Assembly: GCA_002269645.1 (NCBI GenBank)
Contig: NIVC01002339.1
Coordinates: 1-54,334 of the forward strand
Direction: 5' to 3'
DNA: 54,334 nucleotides
Source: Macrostomum lignano
Lineage: Eukaryota
Below are positions 40,587-50,226 of the stretch, piece by piece (the first letter of the stretch is position 1; each line of letters begins with the position of its first letter). The notes below the pieces were generated by a model, which saw only the letters and a program-made list of their open reading frames with translations, was not told where the DNA came from and ran no database searches. The position numbers were made by a program, and so were the translations under genes.

Positions 40587-42091
40587 AACTAAATACAGCT
40601 TTATAAGTTAGCACAGAAAAGTTCGCCAACAACATTACTTGGAAAAAATTGTCCATTTAAACGACCAACTATTCAAACATTATTATGAATTAATATTATT
40701 CTGATGTTATTCGAATCAAAATGTTACAACTCCTCGATTTTTTAGTACTTGACGCCTTTTTCTGCTAAATTGAACTTTCGTAGGTAAATCTTGTAGTGAA
40801 GCTTTATTACTAATCTCTTTGAACGATTAAGTCAAATAAGCTACTGACCACAGCAACCGGGAAGGCGTGCACCTTTGACGTTATCAATTAATCGAAACCT
40901 GCAGCCCGCATATCCGTTGTGATTCCTAATTATGCACTTGAATTTGTTGAAACCACATAATATTTTGTTGTATTGTCTTATCGATTGTTAAAACCGTCTT
41001 AGTGCTTGGACTATGACTATTAATGTTGTTGTCTGCAATGACAATTTTCTGGATGCAGCACCAAACTTTGTGTGCCCATATACTCGCATTATAGTTTCTG
41101 TCTAAATGAATAACTATAGGTAAGTTGACAAAATTTGTGCCCAACTTCAAATATACTTAACGCACAACTTTATCTTAACTATCCGGTCCATCCCTGGTGT
41201 GTGTTTATGTCCACGTGTATAATGCTATACTTTTGAGTAGCAAATGAAGCAAGCCGGATGTCGTGAAAATAGTTCTTGTACCAGACTAACAACATTTAAA
41301 TTAGAGTTAAATTGATACTGAGAGAGAAGTCGCAGTAAGTGGGCGCAGGGCCCAAACCAGTATATTTATATGACATTAAATAGCAGGGGGTTTGAATTGA
41401 AGATAATAAAGAGAGGGGTGGAGTGCGCGACTAAAAAGAGAGGGGAGAATGGAGAGCCAATCAGAAGGCGACGAGGGAGAGGTAAGAATAACAAGATTGA
41501 GCTAGACAGAAAACAGAGTAAACAGAGACAAGTGAAGGTGAACTAAATAAATGACTAGGAAAGTCGCGACACCGGAGGTGTACTTACATGTTTATCGAGA
41601 CATTTTTGCTTATGAAATCCTCAAGGACTACTTGAGTAGAAGGTAGACTACGTTTTTTGGAAATGTTTAAGAGGCAGGAGTTTTACCAAAAAAAAATACT
41701 TACGGAGAATGAATGGTTTCATTTTTTTTCAGCACAAAAATCTATTGATATTTATAAAGCCTTTCGTTTAGAAAATTAGAATTCTATGGTCATTTTTTGA
41801 ACGAATGTCAGTGTCGGAGTCGCATTCAGCGCTAAGCAGACAGAAGATCCTTTATGAAGCTAAAAATTCAGGTATTATCCAAAGCTTGGGCAGCTTTTTG
41901 AGATGCCTTTCAACCCTGTCCTACCAGTCGAATCGGCTGTTTTGCTTGACTGGCAACTGACAAAGTTCTGTTTGCCTGAAGCAATCTGTGCTCAACAGAC
42001 TGAAACCAGCGCAGCAGTTTTAAGTCACATTGTCGTTTCAGTTCATTGTTTGAAGCATGCATTTTTTACTGAAAACTAAAAATGAGTTGTC

Positions 42092-42450
42092 AGGGGGGCC
42101 GTAGCCCAGCGGTAGCGCAGCTGCTCTGGTGTGCCAGCGACCCAGGCTCGATTCCAAGTGCACTCACATTAATTTGGGGCTGAATTGGAATCTCGGCTTG
42201 GCTCTGCTCGTGCAATTAACGGCCTTGAGAGCCAACCCCCCAAGGCGCAGTGAAGTGTACATGCCTAACGATAAAATAAAGTTAGGGCCGCTGTACACTC
42301 CTGTGTGAGTGTGTGCCTGCGTACGTATCCGCGCGCTTGTGTGCCTGCTCAGGGGAGTCGGCGGAATGGGCAGTAATGCCTCTCGCCGGTTGTGTGCCTA
42401 TGTCGGTTAAAGTGCGCCAGGGTGCACACAACCCCGGCTGCCTCTAAAAA
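42092..42450 (+). mobile_element. tRNA-derived SINE with poly-A tail and 14-bp TSD
   Basis: A box GTAGCCCAGCGGTAG, B box GGCTCGATTCC, A-tail at 42446. TSD AAAAATGAGTTGTC at 42078-42091 and 42451-42464. Confidence 0.85.
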
Positions 42451-43025
42451 AAAAATGAGTTGTCTGTATGTGGGTAGGTATGCGATTGATTTTAGAATAG
42501 GCTCAACCAATTTTCTTCAAATTTGCACCATTCGATCAGAAATTTTCCTGGGACGGTACATACATCTTGGCTAAGAAATTGCTTAATGCTAAAGGGATTA
42601 AATATTCGAAAAACATGCTTTTTGCAAAGGTCAAGCAGCTCTTTCGACCTGAAATGCATTGTAAGAATGCTAGAGAAAAAACTGACTGACTGAATTCCGA
42701 TTGTGATAAAGATTGCATCACAACAAGTTGAAAACAGTGCCGAAGAAATGCACACACGACTTGATTTAAATTGCGTAACCATATTGCTAACTTGAATTAA
42801 GACTGATACTGGCTGACTGAGAAATTGATTATGTCGTAACTTTTTACTCTAACTGACTTGCTTAGTTAAGGGCAGCAGTTAATTAAGGGCAGCAGTTCAT
42901 GTTCTCCAATTGAAAAGAGATAGCCTAGATGCGAACAGACTGCACTGCTAATGTAGCGACCTGGGTTCGAATCTTAGTAGCGGAAAATAATTTTTTTATT
43001 AAAACACCTTAAAAACACAAAATGC

Positions 43026-43230
43026 TAAACATAAAAGAAGCGCAATATCAAGCATAAAAGAGCCACCATTTCAAACATTAAAGAGCCACCATGTCAAACA
43101 TAAAAGAGCCACCATGTCAAACATAAAAGAGCTACCATGTCAAATTTTAAAGAGCCACCATGTCAAACATAAAAGAGCAACCATGTCAAACATATACGTG
43201 ACTCCATGTCAAACATTAAATATAAAAGAG
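43026..43230. repeat. 23-bp tandem repeat (AAAGAGCCACCATGTCAAACATA) abutting the Polinton end
   Basis: About 8 degenerate copies visible. Confidence 0.85.
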
Positions 43231-43233
43231 ACA

Positions 43234-43504
43234 AGTAGTATATAAAAAGACGCTTCTAGACCCAGAGCACTTTTTTAATGACCGTTTTAAGGGTCTAGAG
43301 GGGGGACACGGGGGGTAAATAAAAAAACACATCTAAACACCATTAATACATCTAATCACCCATAATCACCCCTAACAATAAAAATCACTTCCAAACACTT
43401 CCAAACACTCCCCAACACCCCCCTCGCGTCCCCCCTCTTAAGACCTTACAAACGGCCATTAAAATAAGGTCTGATCTAGAAGCGTCTTTTTCTATACTAC
43501 TACT
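43234..43504. repeat. ~85-bp imperfect inverted repeat with AGTAGT...ACTACT ends around a C/A-rich spacer
   Basis: 43234-43316 AGTAGTATATAAAAAGACGCTTCTAGA...GAGGGGGGACACGGGGG versus the reverse complement of 43418-43504. Confidence 0.9.
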
Positions 43505-43558
43505 CTATAACCCCTTGCCCGCGCCGCAGGCGCGAAGGGTCTTTTTCTGTTACTAAAA

Positions 43559-43873
43559 ATGACCCGAGTTTACACTTTTTCTGTTAGTGATACTTTTGAG
43601 ACTGTTGCTAAAAATGCAGAGATAATAAAACAACATATTTTGAATGGAATAATTGATGAAGTTTATTTAAAATATGACGACAAGCACGACCTAAAACTTT
43701 ATCCATTAGAGCTAGATGAGATGTATGATTTAGAACAAGAGGGTGAGTTAATATTTCAACTTGGAGATTATTTAAATTCGGATGATTGGGAGGTTAGATC
43801 AACAGATTCCGAATCAACAAATAGTTCATATGAAACCAGCGATTCAGAGAATGAAAGTGAAATTTTTATGTGA
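43559..43873 (+). CDS. Polinton hypothetical acidic protein (104 aa)
   Basis: ORF with TAAAAATG start; D/E/S-rich C-terminus. No family recognised. Confidence 0.6.
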   Translation: MTRVYTFSVSDTFETVAKNAEIIKQHILNGIIDEVYLKYDDKHDLKLYPLELDEMYDLEQEGELIFQLGDYLNSDDWEVRSTDSESTNSSYETSDSENESEIFM

Positions 43874-43889
43874 AAAAAATATTTAAAAA

Positions 43890-44114
43890 ATGAACTATTA
43901 TTCTATAACAGAAACGACATTTATTGTGAAAAATATATATAAAAAAATGAAGGTAAATTACTCCTACATCGGAAATGTGCCGATTAATGAACTTAATGAA
44001 AATTTAAGTTTGATAACAGTTGAACAAATGTCAATAATAATATTAGTAACAATAATAGTAATAATATTGTTTTTGTTTGTAATAAAAAATTTACTACCAT
44101 GTTGTCTTAAGTAA
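43890..44114 (+). CDS. Polinton small membrane protein (74 aa)
   Basis: TAAAAAATG start; C-terminal hydrophobic helix IIILVTIIVIILFLFVI. Confidence 0.55.
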   Translation: MNYYSITETTFIVKNIYKKMKVNYSYIGNVPINELNENLSLITVEQMSIIILVTIIVIILFLFVIKNLLPCCLK

Positions 44115-44124
44115 CTGTTTGAAC

Positions 44125-45730
44125 TTAGTTCGCAGACATTATCTGGTTCTCATAAAAAGAACCCAATATTTCTTCACCGTCCTTATCAGCAATTATATAG
44201 GTTGTAGGATTGGTATTTAAAACTTTACTGATAGTAAATTTCTCACTTATCTTCCAATATCCTTTTCTTCCTTTTTCAAACTTATCTTTCCATTTATAGA
44301 TATAAACAGAATCACCAACCTTAAAAGATTTCTTTTTATTTTTTTCAAATTTTCCAAAAGTAACTTTAACGTTTTCAGGATTGTTATAAGCTTGTTGAGG
44401 AGTCATCTTTATCGCCGAATGATATGAATTGTTATAATCTTTCACTACGTCTGGTAATATTTTTACCCACTTTTGGTTACCATTAAGACTAAACTGAAAC
44501 CATAATTTCTTACCTAAAGTTCTATTAAATCTTTCTATTAATGCGTTTTTACTCTCTCCATAAATAGAATAAATTTTATTAATATACTCCCCATTCGCGT
44601 CCTTTTTCCTTTCTTGTCCTTTTTCAAAATGATATAATTTATACATATGAGGATTGTAAAATTCTTTTCCTTCGTCAACACACAAACGTTCGCTTTTTTC
44701 TCCAAGACTTCTAAAAGCAGCAGCAACATCCTCTCCTTTTTTGGATTTCAAAGGAACAGCCCACGCGTATCGAGTAAAACCATCTAATATGGTTAAGATA
44801 TATTTATATCCTCTTTCGTTCGGCATCGACATTAAATCAGCATACCAAATTTCATTCTTTTTGAAGTTCATGATTTTTCTATAAAATTTAGGTTTTCGAT
44901 ATTCTTTATGAAGAATCTTTGCCTCATCAGAACTTAACCCACCGCCACTTAACAACAAACACTCAACACAATTATTTCCATGTTGATTATAATTAATTCC
45001 TAAACCAAATTTAACTTTAGATTGTAGAATTTTTTTAACCATCCACCTAGTTAATCTTTGCCCTACCGATAATCCCTGCAAGTTATCTAATCCTTGAATC
45101 ATTTTTTGATCGGCTTCATGTTTTAATCTTAATGCTTCCTCGGGCGGGTTCTTGTCAGCATCTCTATATGCTAAGTCGTGATAGTATGCTAACCAATCAA
45201 TCCCATTTATTGGAATTGAATCAGATTTTGGGGTGTCATCAGGATTTAATCTCAAATCTAAGCGAGTCCCGGCAGTTTACCCTCAATCTTTCGAAAGAGG
45301 CTGGAGCACACCTTAAGCGGTTAAATTACCGCCCATCTCCGTCTGCTCTCTGAACCTTCTCCTTATATTTAAAATACTTAGGAGCTTGGCTGCGCATTGC
45401 CACCGTGTCTTCAAGCTTGTTACCATCGAACCATAGGTTCGCGTGCAAAGCACGATTGGGAAGAGGAGTTACCTCTGTTCCTTCAAAAGATTTCTCAATT
45501 GAAGTGGTACTTGAAGCTGTATGATGGGTTTCACGCAATTTGGAGATGTCGCCACAAATAGTGACTAGCAAGGACATTGCCTTCCTCACTCAGGCCACGG
45601 GTTAACCTGTGAAGTTCATTGATGGTAGGTGTAGTTCCCCTGTATATTTACCAGTAGTAAAGATTGGTGGTAAGCTTGTTAATCCTTTTTGAACATCTAA
45701 CAATCCTCCTTCAAACACTATTTGGTTCAT
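44125..45730 (-). CDS. Polinton PLA2(X)-rve integrase fusion, 424 aa after removing the group I intron; exon 1 45730-45604, exon 2 45272-44125
   Basis: Spliced: ELHLPSMNFTG-S-GTRLDLRLN...IDWLAYYHDLAY...ADQKM (parvovirus-type PLA2 Ca loop and HD motif), then WYADLM...ILDGFTRYAW...CVDEGKEF...IERFNRTL (D,D,E) and FKVGDSV...GSFYENQI. Confidence 0.9.
45273..45603 (-). ncRNA. Group I self-splicing intron, subgroup IC1-like, 331 nt, no internal ORF recognised
   Basis: P1 CAGGUU/GGCCUG with U.G at the splice site; P10 CCCG/CGGG; P3 CAUCUCC/GGAGAUG; P element AAUUGCGUGAAA; Q element AAUGCGCAGCCAAG; P5abc with A-rich bulge and GAAA loop; receptor CCUAAG...UAAGG; P7 GAGCA/UGCUC with bulged A; P8; terminal G. 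Removal restores the frame. Confidence 0.93.
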
Positions 45731-46280
45731 TTTTAATAGCCTTAAAAATACATGAAAGCACCAATTGTTTTGCAAACTCTTCAATGGTTGGTTGTTTAAC
45801 TTTTTTATAGTTATTATCTACGCTAGTTAAGTATCTTTTATTTGTCCAATGTTCAGACTTTTTCATCTGATCTTCATCTTTGTAACTAAACGAAGAAGCG
45901 GGAATGAAATGATCAATATCTAAATTTCCAGTATAATCTTTTGAAACATAATATTTTCTTGTGAAATTTAACCAATCAAAAAAGAATTCTTTTGTGCAAT
46001 CAAGATATGAGATATAGTCCTTGTCATTAAAATTTTTCAACGCCCAATTTATTTTATTTCTAATTAAAACAATATGTTTGTAATTATCATCATTGTGATA
46101 CTTGTTTTTTCTATATTCATTAAACTTATCTTTATTGTTTTTCATCCAAATAGTAGATGAGGTATTATGACAAGATCGACAATCATTTCTAAATTTTTTT
46201 GAATCATTTCTCCAAAAATAAAATTCTTTCGTCATTGGTTTTTCTTGTTTACACTTAATACAAATCTTTTTAGGTTCCAT
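45711..46280 (-). CDS. Free-standing HNH-type endonuclease with N-terminal zinc finger (189 aa)
   Basis: CIKC...CRSC Zn finger; DIDHFIP...EHWTN...DNNYKK (HNH/N pattern); TAAAATG start; 3' end overlaps the PLA2 start. Confidence 0.75.
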   Translation of the reverse strand: MEPKKICIKCKQEKPMTKEFYFWRNDSKKFRNDCRSCHNTSSTIWMKNNKDKFNEYRKNKYHNDDNYKHIVLIRNKINWALKNFNDKDYISYLDCTKEFFFDWLNFTRKYYVSKDYTGNLDIDHFIPASSFSYKDEDQMKKSEHWTNKRYLTSVDNNYKKVKQPTIEEFAKQLVLSCIFKAIKNEPNSV

Positions 46281-46308
46281 TTTATAAAAAAATAAATTTA
46301 ACAATTAA

Positions 46309-46991
46309 TTAAACTCCAGTATGTCCAGCAGCTTTCGCAGCAGCTAAAACAAGTTTTCTAGGAGTTTTAAATCCATCACCAACAGCTGGTTTGTTATTTA
46401 TAGAATTAACAATCCATTTATACAAGCTGGTATTTTTAACAGCTCCTCCTAAATCATCATAAAAAATTCTAGCACTTACTAAATCATTCTAGTATAAAAA
46501 TCAGGGTTAAACTTAACCCTAGGGTTAGTAATAATTCTATATGCTCCGCCCAATTCTCTATATAGTTCATTTCGATCTTTATCAACGTTACCAATTCGGT
46601 AATTATTATTACCTAAATCTGTCACAGCAATACTAGCTGGTACTCTTGGAAATTGTTTAACTTCTTCACCCCTTTCTGCAGCCCTAATCTCTGCACGTCT
46701 AATCTCTGCAACTCTCAATTGAGCTTGATCAACATCATAAGCAGGCGGCTCATCCAAAATTTCATCCTCTTTTGGCTCAGTATTTTTAGCAATTTTTTCC
46801 AGAAGATCTTTATCTGTTTTTTCTAGTTCACTAATTTTCCCAGTAATAGGATTAACAAAAGGAGCAGCAAATCTTTCACCAGCTAATTGTATTCCTAACT
46901 TTCTTTTTTGTAAATTTCTAACAAAATCAGAATATCTTTGCTTCTCTTTATAAATCGCTAACTCTCCATCAACGTCCATAAATTGACTCAT
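46309..46991 (-). CDS. Conserved-type Polinton protein (one frameshift near 46486)
   Basis: N-terminal ERFAAPFVNPIT. A shifted frame continues ...VGDGFKTPRKLVLAAAKAAGHTGV to a stop at 46309, resembling the LLxA...AGN motif of Maverick core-like proteins (weak recognition). Confidence 0.55.
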
Positions 46992-47025
46992 TTTTTAACA
47001 TAAAAAACTTTTTTAACTTAAAAAA

Positions 47026-48497
47026 ATGGCTGAAACAAAAACTATGTGGAGTGATAAATTTCATTTCAAAAAGCACCGACAGTATATTAATGAGGTCAGA
47101 GCAAGAGATTTAAATTATACCCTACCAACAAGTGATAATTCAAATAACTTTACTACTGGAACGGTAACTTTTGACATCGGCGCAACCAACACTATATTGG
47201 ATATGAAAAATGCATTTTTCCGTGTTAGATGGTTGTATACTAGAAATGATGGAACTGCTCTTGCAGCCGGAGATATCGCAGATCGATCCGGAATAATAAT
47301 AGAAAATGATTGGTTTTATAAATGTTTTTCCCAAGCTCAACTAACTGTTAATGGTGCTGAGGTTGAGACATCATCAAACCCCGCAGAGATTAATGGAGTT
47401 TTGAAACATTTAAATTATACTTATTTATCAAAACAAGTTGGTGATAATGTTGGGTGGATGCCGGATAAAGGTAACGGGCAAGCAGTAGTTTTCCTAATGT
47501 ACAAAACGCAGCCGGTGCAGATACTGCAGCGCTAATTGTTTACCTTAATACAAACATAGTTCCAGTTGTAACCACTATGACTAATACAAAAGATATTAAT
47601 ACTGGTTTTATAGATCGTCAGAATAAATTCCCAGTCGCGGTTTTAACCACAGCAACAGCATATGAGCAGGACTTTTCAATCTTTCCACTATTTGGGTTTT
47701 TCTCACCAAATCGGGTATGGAAAGGATTAAAATTTGGGATACAGTTGCAAATATCTGGTGGATATCAGCCTAGGATACTTTATGGAACCTCAATTTCAAC
47801 CGATATAGCAGTTCGTATAGATTCAATTCAATTAGTCGTACCAACTATTGAGGTAACAGCCCCACTTTTAAAACACATCGATAATCAGTTAACGCATGAT
47901 CAGGAAATATTTTATTTGAATCGTCGACATTTTATGCGAACCATTAATAATAACCAGGATTCATTCCAGTGGCAAATACTGACATCAAAACGTCGGGTGA
48001 GATATATTTTTGTTTGGTTTAAGATAACAAATAGAAGGAGTAAAAGAGCAAATGGGGATTTATATTGGCTTCAATCCGGTGCCATAGCAGAACAAGCAGC
48101 CACCGCAACAGACAATGCGGCTGCAGCTATTAACGAGTTTAATGTTCAGAATATCCGCCTGCAGGTTGATGATCAATATTATCCGGTTAAAGACCCCCTA
48201 AATTTAAATATAGCAAATAATAATGTTAATGATTTTATAAAATATTATCAAGATTATGCTAAAAATGAAGCGTATGCCGTCCCTCAGTACACACCCACAG
48301 AGTTTCTAAACATTCATCCAGTGGTTGTTTATGATCTAACGGCACAGAAAGAAAACGTAGCCAATATTGGACTTAATTATATGTTAGAGATTAATAAAAC
48401 CGGTAATCAGGCACTTGACGCCCACGTATTGTTTCTAGAGGAATATATGTCAATTGCTAAAGCTGATGGCACGATTGTTCGGGACGCACCATTGTAA
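47026..48497 (+). CDS. Major capsid protein (double jelly-roll), split by one frameshift at ~47490
   Basis: FSQAQLTVNGAEVE, VRIDSIQLVVP, RYIFVWF, NIRLQVDDQYYP, VVYDLT. A shift in the T-run GTTTTCCT joins ORFs 47026-47535 and 47577-48497. Confidence 0.88.
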
Positions 48498-48581
48498 AAT
48501 GAGTGCAGTGCAAAGCACGTCGCACCACTTTAGTGTCGCAGGTCTCCGACCGTCGCGCCTATTTAAATTATTTCTTTAAAA

Positions 48582-49376
48582 ATGGTAAAGGCAAAACACA
48601 ATAAAATATTTCCAAATGATCCTTTTCTTTGTTTAGTAATCGGAGGATCAGGTAAAGGAAAAACACACTTTGTTTACGATTTATTAACAACAGATGGAAT
48701 GTTAGACTATAATAATTTAATAATTTATACTAATAAACCTAGAATAAAATATTATGAATTTCTTAAACATGGATTAAAAAACAAATTAAAAAAAGATGTC
48801 TTGTTTAGAATGTTAAGAGCATATGAGCAATATGAGGATGATGACGAACCGCGATTTAATCTAGCAGACATTGAGGATTTATGTAAAACAATGGCACAAC
48901 AGCCAGAAAACATCACCGATCGCCCCGAAGGGTCGCGGACTTCGTCCGATCGCGCCCCAACTGTTAGAGTATCAACCCGATTAGCCTATGATCAAATTCC
49001 AAAACATGATAAAACACTAATTATTTTTGATGATTGTATTAATGACGGTGATCAAGAATTGCAAAAGGAAATTTTTGTTAGTGGTAGAGGAGATGGAATT
49101 GGAGCTTTTTATCTTACTCAATCCTTTAGAGAATTAGAATCGATTATAAAAAAGAATGCTAGCTGTTGTGTAATGTTTGATTTAGATAACTATGATCTAC
49201 AAAATATTCACGCTAGATTTAATCCCGGATTGGATGCAAAACCATTTAAAAGTATGTGTAAAAAAATTTGGGATGATAGCCAATACAAACATATTTATAT
49301 CAATCCGAGGTTAGAAAGGAAACATAGAATTTTAACAAATTTGATAAAAGAAGATAATGAGGAAGAAGAGACATAG
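48582..49376 (+). CDS. A32/FtsK-like DNA packaging ATPase
   Basis: Walker A GGSGKGKT, Walker B LIIFDD, SGR (Arg finger), YLTQ, IKKNA. Confidence 0.93.
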   Translation: MVKAKHNKIFPNDPFLCLVIGGSGKGKTHFVYDLLTTDGMLDYNNLIIYTNKPRIKYYEFLKHGLKNKLKKDVLFRMLRAYEQYEDDDEPRFNLADIEDLCKTMAQQPENITDRPEGSRTSSDRAPTVRVSTRLAYDQIPKHDKTLIIFDDCINDGDQELQKEIFVSGRGDGIGAFYLTQSFRELESIIKKNASCCVMFDLDNYDLQNIHARFNPGLDAKPFKSMCKKIWDDSQYKHIYINPRLERKHRILTNLIKEDNEEEET

Positions 49377-49396
49377 CACAATTTCCCACTATAAAA

Positions 49397-50182
49397 ATGA
49401 CTACAAATTTAAATACTATAAAACAATTGGTAGATCGAACTAATTCAAAATTTAGTACAACATTACAGTTTATAATGACAACCAGCGAGCAACGGATTCA
49501 ATTGCGCGATCCATTACAACTTGATCAAAGCCTAAGTTATCAAATAGGTTTAATTCTATTTTCGGTTTTCAACATGCCTCAATTAATTAATGCAACAAAT
49601 AATCAATTTAGATATTCTAAAGATTCCGGAGCCAATTGGACAACATTTAGCATTAACCCAGGAGCGTATAGCTATACTGATTTGAATGCTTATATAGAAG
49701 GAGAATTAACAACTAATGGTGATTGGGTAACAGGAGCAATTGTTATAGGTGTTGATTTACCGTCTGGCAGATTCACACTATCACTAGGATCCGGATATCA
49801 GGTTGATTTCACAATTGCAAATTCACTCAGAACCATACTTGGATTTAATTCCCGAATAGTTACCACATCAAGCACCGGAGATACAGTGGGAAATATTGAG
49901 GGTGGAGTTAATACAATTAATATAACAACCGACATATCAAACGGTGGTTATATAACAGATAATAACGGAGTTTTGGTTCAACGTGGAATTATTTATTCAA
50001 TCCCATTTCTTGCTGTTCCAATTGGAGAGAAAATGATTGTTGCACCCCAAACCCCAATATATTATCCTTTAAATCAATATAGCGTTCAATCAATTTATAT
50101 TAGGATTGTAGATGAAAGCGATAGATTAATAAGTTTTGGTGGGCAATCAATAACAATAATTTTACGTATAAAACAGGTTTGA
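49397..50182 (+). CDS. Minor capsid protein (penton, single jelly-roll)
   Basis: NNQFRY, INPGAYSYTDLN, LRTILGF, IYYPL...IYIRIVDESDRLISFGGQSITIILRIK typical of Polinton pentons. Confidence 0.88.
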   Translation: MTTNLNTIKQLVDRTNSKFSTTLQFIMTTSEQRIQLRDPLQLDQSLSYQIGLILFSVFNMPQLINATNNQFRYSKDSGANWTTFSINPGAYSYTDLNAYIEGELTTNGDWVTGAIVIGVDLPSGRFTLSLGSGYQVDFTIANSLRTILGFNSRIVTTSSTGDTVGNIEGGVNTINITTDISNGGYITDNNGVLVQRGIIYSIPFLAVPIGEKMIVAPQTPIYYPLNQYSVQSIYIRIVDESDRLISFGGQSITIILRIKQV

Positions 50183-50226
50183 TCGAACCTTTGGTTCACG
50201 GACTTTGTCCGTTTCCTATAGTAAAA

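Noticed and set aside
42915-42985. tRNA gene candidate (GGGTTCGAATC B box)
   Set aside because: No convincing cloverleaf or acceptor stem; more likely a SINE head remnant.
45326-45589. 87-aa ORF within the intron
   Set aside because: No LAGLIDADG, GIY-YIG, His-Cys or HNH motif; it runs through conserved ribozyme helices and is probably incidental.
45273-45604. Insert as a piggyBac element (TTAA-CCC...GGG-TAAA) or a spliceosomal intron
   Set aside because: Excision at TTAA leaves an in-frame stop and no GT-AG pair restores the frame. Only the U|...G| group I boundaries do, and the RNA core folds completely.
47490-47576. Second intron splitting the major capsid gene
   Set aside because: The gap is open in the shifted frame (PNVQNAAGADTAALIV...), so a 1-nt frameshift explains it; no ribozyme motifs.
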